From an uncultured Actinomycetota bacterium (GTDB lineage Bacteria; Actinomycetota; Actinomycetes; Actinomycetales; Microbacteriaceae), in assembly GCA_963799015.1 (NCBI GenBank), contig CAWCWD010000062.1:51-64050 (forward strand): DNA of 64,000 nucleotides, written 5' to 3'. Numbering within the stretch: the first letter of the stretch is position 1; each line of letters begins with the position of its first letter. Shown here one piece after another: positions 36,737-47,637 of the stretch. The notes under the pieces are model-generated. The model was given only the letters and a program-made list of their open reading frames with translations. It was not told the origin of the DNA and did not search any database. The position numbers and the translations under genes were made by a program.

Positions 36737-39047
36737 ATGACGTCGCAGCCCCCGCGAACGAACATCGACGCCGAGCCGATCGGCGAACTCCCACCCGATC
36801 CCGAGTTCCAGACTGATCCGAGCCTGCCACCCACGGCCGTCCCCGAGGCCGAGGTCGAGCGGGAGCGCAAGTGGACGCTGCCGAAGATCCTGCTGTGGGG
36901 CGCCATCGCGCTGCTCGGCGGCATCGCGTGGACCATGATCGCGATCGTGCGCGGCGAGACCGTCAACGCGATCTGGTTCGTGTTCGCCGCCGTGTGCACC
37001 TACCTCATCGGCTACCGCTTCTACTCGAAGGTCATCGAGCGCTACATCACCCGACCCGACGACACGCGGGCGACGCCCGCCGAGGTCAGGGCCGACGGCA
37101 AGGACTACCTCGCCACCGACCGCCGCGTGCTGTTCGGCCACCACTTCGCCGCGATCGCCGGCGCCGGCCCGCTCGTCGGGCCCGTGCTCGCCGCGCAGAT
37201 GGGCTACCTGCCCGGCACGCTCTGGATCATCGTCGGCGTCATCCTCGCCGGCGCCGTGCAGGACTACCTCGTGCTGTTCTTCTCGATGCGCCGCGGCGGC
37301 CGCACCATCGGCCAGATGGCGCGCGACGAGCTCGGCCGCTTCGGCGGCACCGCCGCGATCGTCGCGTCGCTGCTGATCATGCTGATCATCATCGCGATCC
37401 TCGCGCTCGTCGTCGTCAACGCGCTCGGCGAGAGCCCGTGGGGCGTGTTCAGCGTCTCGATGACCATCCCGATCGCGCTGTTCATGGGCGTCTACCTGCG
37501 CTACCTGCGCCCCGGCACGCATCACCGAGGTGTCGATCATCGGGTTCGTGCTGCTCATGGCCGCGATCGTCGCGGGCGGCATGGGTCGCCGCGACGCCGT
37601 GGGGCGCGGAGATGTTCACACCTCGACCGCACCACGATCGCCTGGGGCATCATCGTCTACGGCTTCATCGCCGCCATCCTCCCGGTGTGGCTGCTGCTCG
37701 CGCCGCGCGACTACCTGTCGACGTTCATGAAGATCGGCGTCATCGTCATGCTCGCGGGCGCGATCGTGCTGGTCCGCCCCGAGATCTCGGTGCCCGCGTT
37801 CAGCGAGTTCGCCGGCGGCGAGCTCGGCCCGGTGTTCTCGGGGCCGCTCTTCCCGTTCCTGTTCGTCACGATCGCGTGCGGCGCCCTCTCCGGGTTCCAC
37901 GCGCTGATCGCGTCCGGCACGACGCCGAAGCTCCTCGAGAAGGAGCGCCAGACGCGCTTCATCGGGTACGGCGGCATGCTCATGGAGTCGTTCGTGGCGA
38001 TCATGGCGCTCGTCGCCGCGATCTCGCTCGACCGCGGCATCTACTTCGCCATGAACTCGTCGGCGGCCGCGACGGGCGGCACCATCGAGGGCGCCGTCGC
38101 GTTCGTGAACTCGCTCGGGCTCGCGGGCGTCAACCTCACGCCCGACATGCTCGCGTCGACGGCTGCGGCAGTCGGCGAGGAGTCGATCGTCTCGCGCACC
38201 GGCGGCGCGCCCACCCTGGCGCTCGGCCTCGCCAACATCATGCAGCAGGCGTTCGGCGGCGCGGCCATGGCCGGGTTCTGGTACCACTTCGCGATCATGT
38301 TCGAGGCGCTGTTCATCCTCACCGCGGTCGACGCGGGCACCCGGGTCGCGCGGTTCATGCTGCAGGACTCGATCGGCAACGTCTTCCCGAAGTTCAAGGA
38401 CACCGGATGGCGCCCCGGCGTGTGGATCACCACCGCGATCATGGTCGCCGGGTGGGGCTACATCCTGATCCTCGGCGTCACCGACCCGCTCGGCGGCATC
38501 AACACGTTCTTCCCGCTGTTCGGCATCGCCAACCAGCTGCTGGCGGTCATCGCGCTCGCGGTCGTGCTCGCGATCGTCGCCAAGCGGGGGCGGAGCTACT
38601 TCAAGTGGCTGTGGATCGTCGCCCTGCCGCTCGGGTTCGCGGCGGTCGTCACCATCACGGCGTCGATCTTCAAGATCTTCTCGCCGGTGCCGCAGGTGGG
38701 CTACTGGGCCAACCACATCGCGTTCCGCAACGCGCTGGAGGCGGGCGAGACCTCGTTCGGCACGGCCGACGACCGTCGAGGCGATGGAGGCGGTCGTGCG
38801 CAACACCTTCGTCCAGGGCACGCTGTCGATCGTGTTCGTCACACTCGCGATCGTCGTGCTCATCACCTCGCTGATCACGACCGTGCGGGCGCTGCGCAAC
38901 GGCGGCGGCGAGAACCACGAGGACCCGCCCGTGGCATCTCGCCGCTTCGCGCCCGCCGGGCTGATCGCGACCTCGGCCGAGAAGGCGCTCGAGCGCGAAT
39001 GGGCCGAGCTGCCCGCAGACCGGCAGCCGGAGTCGGTGCGTCACTGA
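36737..39047 (+). CDS. cstA: Carbon starvation CstA/BtsT-family pyruvate/peptide transporter (apparent frameshifts near 37520, 37590-37620, 38770)
   Basis: FGHHFAAIAGAGPLVGP, IACGALSGFH, TAVDAGTRVARF; RBS AAGGAGG. Confidence 0.93.
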
Positions 39048-39307
39048 TGACCGACGCCGCCGCACGGCGACCCGCCCGGACCACCGCGGTCCGGGCGGGT
39101 TCCGCCGCCACCGTTGAGCTCGTGCGACGCGGATGCCGCGGCGTCGCGTGGTACGTCCGCGACCTGATGGGCGACAATGCCTACCGGGTCTACCTCGAGC
39201 ACCACCGCACGCAGCACGGTCCGGAGCAACCGCCGATGTCCGAGCGGGAGTTCTGGAGGCAGAGAATGGATGAGCAGGACCGAAACCCCGGGGCCCGCTG
39301 CTGCTGA
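39047..39307 (+). CDS. YbdD/YjiX (DUF466) family protein
   Basis: YLEHHR...PMSEREFWR...ARCC*; TGATG coupling to cstA. Confidence 0.9.
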   Translation: MTDAAARRPARTTAVRAGSAATVELVRRGCRGVAWYVRDLMGDNAYRVYLEHHRTQHGPEQPPMSEREFWRQRMDEQDRNPGARCC

Positions 39308-39325
39308 CGTGACGAGGGAGCGCAC

Positions 39326-40504
39326 ATGATCGACGCGATGTGGCTGCCCGTCGCCGCCGTCGCCGGGATCGCGCTCACGCTGCTCGCCCACTACGCATGG
39401 CGGATGGCGCGGGGCTCGCGCGACCTCGGCAGCGACGCCGAACGCGCGACCTTCCGCACCCTCTCGCTCGCCTCGCGCGCGGCCGTGCACCTGCGCGGCG
39501 GCCTCGAGACGGGCGAGGTGCACCGCGCGGCGCGCTCGCTGCGGGCGCTGCTCGGCAGCGAGGCGATCGCCATCGCCGATCGGAACGGCATCGTCTCGAT
39601 CGACGGCCGGCTCGACCTCGGGCCGACGGCGTGGCAGGTCGCGTCGAGCGTCATCGAGACCGGCCGACGGCAGGTGCTGTCGAACGCGATCGACGCCGTC
39701 GGCGCGCCGATCGTCGCCAACGGGCGCGTCGTCGGCGTCATCGTCGCGTTCGCAGCGAAGGCGCGCCCGCCGCTCGTGCGGGCCACGACCGAGGTGGCGA
39801 CGTGGTGCGGCGCGCAGATCGAGCTCGGCGAGCTCGAGACATCCCGCGCCGCCCTCGCCGAGGCCGAACTGCGTGCGCTGCGGGCGCAGATCAGCCCGCA
39901 CTTCGTCTACAACGCCCTGAGCGTGATCGCGTCGTACATCAGCACCGACCCCGAGCGCGCACGCGACCTGCTGCTCGACTTCGCCGACTTCATCCGGTAC
40001 ACCTTCCGGCGCCAAGGCGAGTTCACGACCCTCGCCGACGAGCTGAAGAGCGTGCACTCGTACGTCGAACTCGAACGCGCGCGCTTCGAGGAGCGCCTGA
40101 GCGTGACGCTGCGCATCGAGCCCGAGACGCTCGCGACCGTCATCCCGTTCCTCAGCCTCCAGCCGCTCGTCGAGAACGCGATCCGCCACGGCCTCGAGCC
40201 GCGCGAACAGGGCGGCACCGTCGTCATCTCATCGCGCGACGACGGCACCCACACCGAGATCACCGTCGACGACGACGGCGTCGGAATGGAACCGGCCGCG
40301 CTCCGCTCGCTGCTCGCCGACCGCGATCCCGCCGACCGCGTCGCGCACATCGGCATGCGCAACGTCGACTCCCGCATGCGCGGCATCTACGGCGACGACC
40401 ACGCGCTGGTCATCGAGACCAACCCGGGGGCGGGCACGATGGTACGCATGCGCATCCCGAAGTCGCAGCCGTTCAACGAGACCGAGCGGACGGCGAACGG
40501 ATGA
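39326..40504 (+). CDS. LytS-family sensor histidine kinase
   Basis: LRAQISPHFVYNAL; LQPLVENAIRHG. Confidence 0.93.
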   Translation: MIDAMWLPVAAVAGIALTLLAHYAWRMARGSRDLGSDAERATFRTLSLASRAAVHLRGGLETGEVHRAARSLRALLGSEAIAIADRNGIVSIDGRLDLGPTAWQVASSVIETGRRQVLSNAIDAVGAPIVANGRVVGVIVAFAAKARPPLVRATTEVATWCGAQIELGELETSRAALAEAELRALRAQISPHFVYNALSVIASYISTDPERARDLLLDFADFIRYTFRRQGEFTTLADELKSVHSYVELERARFEERLSVTLRIEPETLATVIPFLSLQPLVENAIRHGLEPREQGGTVVISSRDDGTHTEITVDDDGVGMEPAALRSLLADRDPADRVAHIGMRNVDSRMRGIYGDDHALVIETNPGAGTMVRMRIPKSQPFNETERTANG

Positions 40505-41281
40505 CGGTCGCTGACGCGGGCACCGGTGCGCGCGGGGGCGGCGGGCGCCGCACGATCGACGTGCTCATCGCCGACGATGAGCGCCCGGTCCTCGACGAAC
40601 TCGAGGTGCTCCTCCGGCGCGACGAGCGCGTCCGGCGACATCCGCCGCGCCGCATCGGGATCCGAGGCCGTGCGCCTGCTCGCGGAGCAGCCCGTGGACG
40701 CCGCGTTCCTCGATATCCACATGCCCGGGCTCTCGGGATTCGACCTGGCGCGTGCGCTCTCGCGGTTCGGCGAGCCGCCCGCCATCGTGTTCGTCACGGC
40801 CGACGAGGCCGGCGCCGTCGAAGCCTTCGACTTCCAGGCGATCGACTTCATCCTGAAACCCATCCGCCGCGAACGACTCCGCCGCGCGGTCGACCGGATC
40901 CTCGCCGGGCGCGACGCCGTGCCGGGAATGGAGTCGCCGCCCGACGAGACCATCCCCGTGCGCGTCGGCAACATCATGCGCGTCGTCCGGCGCAGCGAAG
41001 TGCGTTGGGTGCAGGCGCAGGGCGACTACTCGCGGCTCGTCACCGACACCGACAGCCACCTGATCCGCGAGCCGATCTCCGACCTCGAGGAGCGATGGGC
41101 CGCGGCGGGCTTCATCCGCGTGCACCGCTCGTTCCTCGTCGACCGCGGCGCCATCACCACCGTCAAGCTCGTCGGCGCGCACCCCACCCTCACCGTCGCC
41201 GGCGAGGAGATCCCCGTCAGCCGCCGGTCGATCCCGGTGGTGCGCGAGGCGATCCTGCAGCCCCCGGAGCCGGGGCGGTGA
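40501..41281 (+). CDS. LytR/AlgR (LytTR) response regulator (apparent frameshift near 40630)
   Basis: VLIADDE, LDIHMPG, FIRVHRSFLV, IPVSRR. Confidence 0.9.
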
Positions 41282-41670
41282 CCGGGCCCGAAGGAGGGCG
41301 CGGCCACGGCCGGCCCGTCCGCGAACGCGTGACGTCCGTCGACCGGTCCGCGAACCGGGCAGAACCGCTCGCGCGCACCGGCTCGTCGCCAGTGAGCGAG
41401 GCGGAATCGGTCTTCACGCGCGGACTCATGCGCGCGCAGGGGCGGCTCGCGGTGGCGTTCGTCCTCGTGTTCGTCGCGGTCGTCGCAGGCATCACGTTCG
41501 TGATCAGCCGCGTTCCGGCACTGCACGACGTCGTCATCTGGGGCGTGCCGCTGCCCTGGCTGATCCAGGCGTACGGCTATTACCCGGTCATCGTGGTGTT
41601 CGCGGTGGCATACACGGTCGCCGCGATGCGCGTCGAGCAGCGGTTCCGAGCCCTCGTGGAGCACGAATGA
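41278..41670 (+). CDS. Small two-TM protein (DUF485-like symporter partner)
   Basis: LMRAQGRLA...WGVPLPW; overlaps neighbouring genes. Confidence 0.75.
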   Translation: MTGPEGGRGHGRPVRERVTSVDRSANRAEPLARTGSSPVSEAESVFTRGLMRAQGRLAVAFVLVFVAVVAGITFVISRVPALHDVVIWGVPLPWLIQAYGYYPVIVVFAVAYTVAAMRVEQRFRALVEHE

Positions 41671-43154
41671 GCCCGTTGCTCGTGGCGGGGGCGATCGTGT
41701 TCGTCGTGATCGCGACATTCGCGATCAGCGCCTACGGCCTGCGGATCTCGCGGACCACGAGCGACTTCTTCGTCGCGTCGCGCACCGTGCGGCCTATCTG
41801 GAACGCCTCCGCCATCAGCGGCGAGTACCTGTCGGCCGGCACGTTCCTGGGGTTGTCGGGGCTCGTGCTCCTCTCTGGCTCCGAGGCGTTCTGGTTCCCG
41901 ATCGGCTACGCCGCCGGGTACTTCCTGGTGCTCGTGTTCGTCGCAGCGCCGCTCCGCCGGAGCGGCGCATACACGATCCCCGACTTCATCCACGCGCGGC
42001 TCGACTCGGTCGCGGCCCGGCGGGTCACGAGCGTGCTGGTCATCGCGATCGGATGGCTCTACATCGTGCCGCAGTTCCAGGGCGCTGCGCTCGCCCTCAA
42101 CGTGGTCGCCGGCATCCCGCCGTGGGTCGGGGCGGTCACCGTCGCGATCGTGGTCGCCGGCTCGGTCGCCGCCGGCGGCATGCGCTCCATCACGTTCGTG
42201 CAGGCGTTCCTGTTCTGGCTGAAGCTCGCGGCGCTCGCGGTGCCGGTGCTGTTCTTCGTGATCGCGTTCGGCCCGCACGAGCCGTCCATCGACCCCGAAC
42301 TCGTGTTCCCCGCCGAGCACGGCCCGGGTGGGCTCGACACCTACGCGACCGCCTCTCTGCTGCTCGCGCTGCTGCTCGGCACGATCGGGCTCCCCCACGT
42401 GCTCGTGCGCTTCTACACCAGCCCGACCGGCAGCTCGGCGCGCTGGACGACCGTCATCGTCATCGCGCTGATCAGCGTGTTCTACATGGTGTCCGGAACC
42501 ATCGGCCTCATCGCCCGCGCGACGGCGCCCGACCTCGCCCAGCCCGGCGTCGCCGACACGGTCGCGCTCCTGCTGCCGTCGCGGCTGATCCCCGGCGTCG
42601 CGGGCGACCTGCTCACGGCGCTGGTCATCGCGGGTGCGCTCGCGGCGTTCCTCGGCACGTCGTCCGGACTCGTCGTCTCGCTCTCGAGCGTCGTCAGCCA
42701 GGATCTCTTCCACGGCACGGTCCGCTCGTTCCGGTGGGCGGCGGTGTTCACCGCGGCGATCCCGCTCCTGGTCGCACTCGCCACGGTTCCGCAGGCACTG
42801 GTCACGTCGGTCGGCAACGTGTTCGTGTTCGCCGCCTCGGCGCTCTCCCCCGTCATCGTGCTCGGGATCTGGTGGCGCCGCCTCACCGCGCGGGGCGCCG
42901 TCGCGGGCATGCTCGTCGGCTCGATCCTGTGCGGCGCAGCCCTCGCCGCCTCGTCGGCGATCGGCCCCGGCGCGGGCCCGGTGGCCGCGCTGCTCGCGCA
43001 GCCCGGCGCGTGGACGATCCCGGCGGCGACGCTCGCCTGCGTCGTGGTCTCGCTGCTCGACAGGCGCAAGCCGGCGAACACCGAGCGGATCCTCAGCCGG
43101 CTGCACACGCCGGAGCGACGACGCGGCGATGCGACGGGCGCGGCGACCGAGTGA
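41667..43154 (+). CDS. Sodium:solute/cation-acetate symporter (ActP-like)
   Basis: SDFFVASR, AISGEYLSA, GLPHVLVRFY. Confidence 0.9.
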   Translation: MSPLLVAGAIVFVVIATFAISAYGLRISRTTSDFFVASRTVRPIWNASAISGEYLSAGTFLGLSGLVLLSGSEAFWFPIGYAAGYFLVLVFVAAPLRRSGAYTIPDFIHARLDSVAARRVTSVLVIAIGWLYIVPQFQGAALALNVVAGIPPWVGAVTVAIVVAGSVAAGGMRSITFVQAFLFWLKLAALAVPVLFFVIAFGPHEPSIDPELVFPAEHGPGGLDTYATASLLLALLLGTIGLPHVLVRFYTSPTGSSARWTTVIVIALISVFYMVSGTIGLIARATAPDLAQPGVADTVALLLPSRLIPGVAGDLLTALVIAGALAAFLGTSSGLVVSLSSVVSQDLFHGTVRSFRWAAVFTAAIPLLVALATVPQALVTSVGNVFVFAASALSPVIVLGIWWRRLTARGAVAGMLVGSILCGAALAASSAIGPGAGPVAALLAQPGAWTIPAATLACVVVSLLDRRKPANTERILSRLHTPERRRGDATGAATE

Positions 43155-43291
43155 CCTTCCGAGGAGCGGTCGTCGGCCGGCGGCATGCCGTTCACGTCGT
43201 CACGAGCCCGGTCGCGGCTCAGCCGCGGCACGCTCCGCAGTGGCGTCCGACTTCGGGCTGCGCGTAGATTGGGCGCAACGAGGAGGTTCGC

Positions 43292-45252
43292 GTGACACCG
43301 CCACCACCCGTGAGTCCACCGTCTCCCACGTCGACGAGCAGCAGTCGCGCGCCGTCGCCGAGGCCGCCCGCGAACAGGACTGGCGCAAGCCGAGCTTCGC
43401 CAAGGGCCTGTATCTGGGGCAGTTCGACCTGTCGCTGATCCATCCGCACCCTCGACCGGAACCGGACCGGCGCGAGCGGGGCGAGCAGTTCCTCGCCGCG
43501 CTCGAGGCGTACCTGCGAACCGTCGACGGCGCGCGTCATCGAGCGGGAAGCGCGCATCCCGGACGAGGTCTTCCAGGGGCTCGCCGAGCTCGGATGCTTC
43601 GGGATGAAGATCCCGGTCGAGTACGGCGGCCTCGGGCTGGGGCAGCACTACTACAATCGCGCCCTGGTGCTGATCGGGTCGGTGAACGCCAGTCTCGGCG
43701 CGCTGTTGTCGGCGCACCAGTCCGTCGGCGTGCCCGAACCGCTCGTGCTCGCGGGCACGGAGGAGCAGAAGCGGCGGTTCCTGCCGCGCTGCGCGAAGGG
43801 CGCCATCAGCGCCTTCCTCCTCACCGAACCGGAGGTCGGCTCGGACCCGGCCCGCCTGCAGGCCACCGCGCTGCCGACCGAGGACGACGACGGCGTACGT
43901 CCTGAACGGCACGAAGCTGTGGACCACCAACGGGGTGGTCGCCGAACTGCTCGTCGTGATGGCGCGCGTGCCGAAGTCGGACGGGCACCGCGGCGGGATC
44001 AGCGCGTTCGTCGTCGAGGCCGACTCCCCCGGCATCACCGTGCATCGCCGCAACGCGTTCATGGGGTTGCGCGGAATCGAGAACGGGCTGACCTCGCTGC
44101 GGAACGTGCGCGTGCCGCGCGAGAACCTGATCGGCCGCGAGGGCGAAGGCCTCAAGATCGCGCTGACCACCCTCAACGCCGGGCGGTTGGCGATCCCGGC
44201 CATCTGCGCCGGGGCGGGCAAGTGGAGCCTGAAGATCGCACGCGAGTGGTCGCGCGAGCGCGTGCAGTGGGGCCGACCCGTCGGCGAACACGCCGCGGTC
44301 GCCCACAAGATCGCGTTCATCGCCGCGACGACCTTCGCGCTGGAGGCGGTGGTCGACCTGTCGGGGATGCTCGCCGACGAGGACCGCAAGGACATCCGCA
44401 TCGAGGCGGCGCTCGCCAAGATGTGGGCATCTGAGATGGCGTGGCAGATCGCCGACGAGCTGGTGCAGATCCGCGGCGGCCGCGGGTTCGAGACCGCGGC
44501 GTCGCTCGCCGCCCGCGGCGAACGCGCCGTCGGCGCCGAGCAGCTGCTCCGCGACATGCGGATCAACCGGATCTTCGAGGGCTCGACGGAGATCATGCGC
44601 CTGCTGATCGCGCGGGAGGCCGTCGACGCGCACCTCACGGCCGCGGGAGGTCTGATCGATCCGCAACTGGACCTGGCCCGCAAGATGAAGGCCGCCGCCT
44701 CGGCCAGCGGTTTCTACGCCCGCTGGCTGCCGCAACTGGTCGCCGGCAAGGGCGACCTGCCGACGTCGTACGACGAGTTCGGCGCGCTCGCGCCCGCACC
44801 TCCGCTACGTGGAGCGCACCAGCCGCAAGCTGGCGCGCGCGACCTTCTACGGGATGGCGCGCTGGCAGGGCGGCTTGGAACGCAAGCAGGGATTCCTCGC
44901 CCGCGTGGTCGACATCGGCGCCGAGCTGTTCGCCGTGTCGGCGTCCTGCGTGCGCGCGGCGATGATCGCCGCCGACACACCGGCGCAGGGCAAGACCGCG
45001 TACCAGCTCGCCGACACGTTCGCCGAGCAGTCCCGCCATCGCACCGAGCGACTGCTGGATGCGCTGTGGCGCAACACCGATGCCGCCGACGAACGTCTCG
45101 CCGCCCGCGTGCTCGACGGCCACTACGCCTGGCTGGAGGAGGGCATCATCGATCCCAGCGAGGGCACCGGCCCGTGGATCACCGAGGAGGTGCCCGCCGA
45201 CGCGACGGAGAACGTCGCCCGCCGCGTCATCCGGCCGACGGAAGACGTGTGA
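43292..45252 (+). CDS. Acyl-CoA dehydrogenase (several apparent frameshifts)
   Basis: FLLTEPEVGSD, NGTKLWTTNG, RIFEGSTEI; RBS AGGAGG. Confidence 0.88.
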
Positions 45253-45255
45253 GCC

Positions 45256-45789
45256 CTAAGCCGGCGCGTACCTGGCGGCGATGATGCCCGAGTCGTAGGT
45301 CTGCACGCCGAGCAGTCGCAGGCCGACCAGATGCGGCGTGCGCAGCCGGTCCAGGGCGTCGCCCACCAGGAACGGATGGATACCGGCGTGTACCTCGTCG
45401 ACCAGCCCGGCGTCGACGAGCGCGGCCGCCAACTCGCCGTAGCCGTGCGAGATGATCGACTCGTACTGGTCGCGGAGGCGTCTCACCGTCTCGGCCACGT
45501 CGCCCTCGATCAGGGTCGCGTTCCAGTCGAGCGGACCCGACAGCGTCCTCGAGGCGACGTACTTCGGGAGCGCGTTGTAGTACGCGGCGAAGCCGCGGTC
45601 ATCGGTCTGCGCGGGCCAGTACTCACGGAAGAACTCGTAGCTCTCCCGGCCGAGCAGCACCGCGTCGGCACCGAAGACGAGCTCGTCGGAGGCTCGCTGC
45701 AATCCTGGATCCTCCGCATCGAACCACTGCTCCATGTGGTCGAATGCCCCGTCGAGCGTCATTTCGAATGAAATCGTCACCTTACCCAT
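45256..45789 (-). CDS. Dihydrofolate reductase-like protein
   Basis: MTLDG, LLGRESYE, PKYVASRTL. Confidence 0.87.
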   Translation of the reverse strand: MGKVTISFEMTLDGAFDHMEQWFDAEDPGLQRASDELVFGADAVLLGRESYEFFREYWPAQTDDRGFAAYYNALPKYVASRTLSGPLDWNATLIEGDVAETVRRLRDQYESIISHGYGELAAALVDAGLVDEVHAGIHPFLVGDALDRLRTPHLVGLRLLGVQTYDSGIIAARYAPA

Positions 45790-45894
45790 GCGCCCAGCCT
45801 CCTCCGTTCCACGCCGGATGTCACCGCCCGCGCGGCAAGGTCGCGAGCGGCGGCGGCCGCCTGACGACGCGTCGCCGCGATCCGGCCCGTCCGC

Positions 45895-45933
45895 AGCGCG
45901 CCGCCCGAACCCGGCGGGTTCGGGCGGCGCGCT
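45895..45933 (-). terminator. Perfect 18-bp-stem hairpin downstream of the DUF4097 gene
   Basis: AGCGCGCCGCCCGAACCC-GGC-GGGTTCGGGCGGCGCGCT. Confidence 0.7.
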
Positions 45934-45959
45934 CTGCAACAGACTGTGATGGGTAGCGC

Positions 45960-46628
45960 CTAGAGGCTGCGCGCGTCGATGTCGCCGTAGGCGGTGGACG
46001 CCTGGATGTTGAGTTCGGCGGCGGCGCCCTCGGTGTTCTTGAGCGCGTTGTGAATACGGCCGTAGGTGGTGCCGGCGTCGAGGGTGGCGGATGCTCCGGC
46101 GGCGGCGCCGACCGACACGTTGCCGGCCTGGGTGCGCAGCACGACCGTGCCGCGCACGGCCTCGGCGATCGTGATGTCGCCCTTCGAGGTGCTGATCTCG
46201 GCAGGCCCGTTGAGGCGGCCGACCGAGACGTCACCGGCGAGGGCGGTGAGGCGGACGCTTGCCGCCTCGTCGATCTTGACCGAGCCGCTCGCGCCCTCGA
46301 AGGCGACGTCGCCGAGGCGTCCGACGCCGCGGAACTCGGCGGCAGCCGCCTTCGCCTCGACGCGGGAACCCGCGGGCAGCTGCACCGTCACCTCGATCAT
46401 TCCCGAGGGGCCGAGGAGCTGGTTGCCCGCCGGGGTCGCGATGCGCACGACGCCGTCGCGGTACTCGACCGTGGTCTGCTCGGCCGCTTTCACGTCGCGG
46501 CTCTTCGAGGCATCCGCGGGGAGGACCTCGACCGCGGTGTCGGCCCGATCTGCGGCGATGACCTGGACGCGCCCCGCCGAGATGTCGAGGACGGCGGCGA
46601 TCGGTGCGGGGGTGTCGAACTTCTGCAT
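45960..46628 (-). CDS. DUF4097 beta-strand repeat protein
   Basis: MQKFDTPAPI; repeated 'T..GD(V/I)' strands. Confidence 0.85.
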   Translation of the reverse strand: MQKFDTPAPIAAVLDISAGRVQVIAADRADTAVEVLPADASKSRDVKAAEQTTVEYRDGVVRIATPAGNQLLGPSGMIEVTVQLPAGSRVEAKAAAAEFRGVGRLGDVAFEGASGSVKIDEAASVRLTALAGDVSVGRLNGPAEISTSKGDITIAEAVRGTVVLRTQAGNVSVGAAAGASATLDAGTTYGRIHNALKNTEGAAAELNIQASTAYGDIDARSL

Positions 46629-46674
46629 GATGATCCTGTTTCCTTTTCAGTCGGTGTTTCTGATGTCGGTAACG

Positions 46675-46805
46675 CTACGTTGCGTTCACTATTTCTGCAA
46701 GGTGATCGTTGCGATAGCTACGCTTAAATCCCAGATCAGGAGCACAATATTGTTGCAATGGCTCGGAATTCAACGCAATGACGCGGAGTGTCATCGTTGC
46801 AATGG
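46675..46805. promoter_or_regulatory. Repeated AT(C/T)GTTGC(A/G)AT operator-like sites
   Basis: 46705-46715, 46749-46760 and 46793-46804 in an AT-rich divergent region. Confidence 0.55.
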
Positions 46806-46858
46806 ATAGAGAGTGAACGCCATACTGGATGCACCTCGGATGCATGAAGGAGACCGCG

Positions 46859-47626
46859 ATGCCAGGAGGCAGGCTCACCCAGCAGGAACGCCAGCAGATC
46901 GCGCTCGGCCTCGCCGATGACCTCGCCTACGCGGAGATCGCCAGGCGTCTCGACCGCCCCACCTCGACGATCACGCGTGAGGTGATGCGCAACGGCGGCC
47001 CCGCCGCCTACCGCGCCGACCTGGCCCACCGCGCCACGGAACGCCGCACCCACCAGCGCAGGCAGGCGGCGCCACGCGGGTCGCAGGCGCCCCCGCAGGC
47101 CCACGGCCGCGACGCCGTTGCCGTGCACGAGTACGAGGAGGCGTTCACCACCCTCCTCATGCAGTCGGGCCTGCCCCGCATGGCGGCCGGGGTGCTGACC
47201 TGCCTCTACACCTCCGACGCGGGCAGCCTCACTGCGGCCGAGCTCGTGCAGCGCCTCCGGGTCAGCGCAGCATCCGTCTCCAAGGCGATCACGCTCCTCG
47301 AGAATCTCGGCCTCGTGCGCCGCGAGCGCGACGAGGGCCGCCGCGAGCGCTACTCCGCCGACAACGACGCCTGGTACCAGTCGATGATCGCCGCCGCCCG
47401 ATCCAACGCCGAGCTCGCCGAGACTGCTCGGCAGGGCGTCGGCGTGCTGGGACGAGACACGCCGGCCGGCGTCCGGCTCCAGAACATGGCCCGCTTCCTC
47501 GACTTCGTCGGCGAGAGCATCACCCGTGCCGCAGAGCAGGCCCGGGACATCCTCTCCACGAAGGCCGAAACGACCTCGGACGGCAAAGCCCCGACCGTTC
47601 AGCTCGCGCAGAGACAGCCGTCTTGA
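46859..47626 (+). CDS. GbsR/MarR-family regulator with extra N-terminal HTH
   Basis: RLTQQER...STITREVMRN plus GLPRMAAGVL...SLTAAELVQRL. Confidence 0.85.
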   Translation: MPGGRLTQQERQQIALGLADDLAYAEIARRLDRPTSTITREVMRNGGPAAYRADLAHRATERRTHQRRQAAPRGSQAPPQAHGRDAVAVHEYEEAFTTLLMQSGLPRMAAGVLTCLYTSDAGSLTAAELVQRLRVSAASVSKAITLLENLGLVRRERDEGRRERYSADNDAWYQSMIAAARSNAELAETARQGVGVLGRDTPAGVRLQNMARFLDFVGESITRAAEQARDILSTKAETTSDGKAPTVQLAQRQPS

Positions 47627-47637
47627 CGACCGGCGCC

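Noticed and set aside
36695-39307. CstA-YbdD fusion, or selenocysteine readthrough at the YbdD C-terminus
   Set aside because: CstA ends at TGA 39047 in the shifted frame. YbdD ends with the ordinary RCC-stop, and I saw no convincing SECIS-like hairpin.
32304-44683. Long antisense or alternative-frame ORFs (e.g. 32304-34142, 35714-37582, 42482-44683)
   Set aside because: Arg/Pro/Ala-rich shadow ORFs typical of high-GC DNA, overlapping well-supported genes.
46859-47626. IS30-like transposase suggested by the N-terminal HTH
   Set aside because: No DDE domain or terminal inverted repeats; the C-terminus is a GbsR/MarR regulator.
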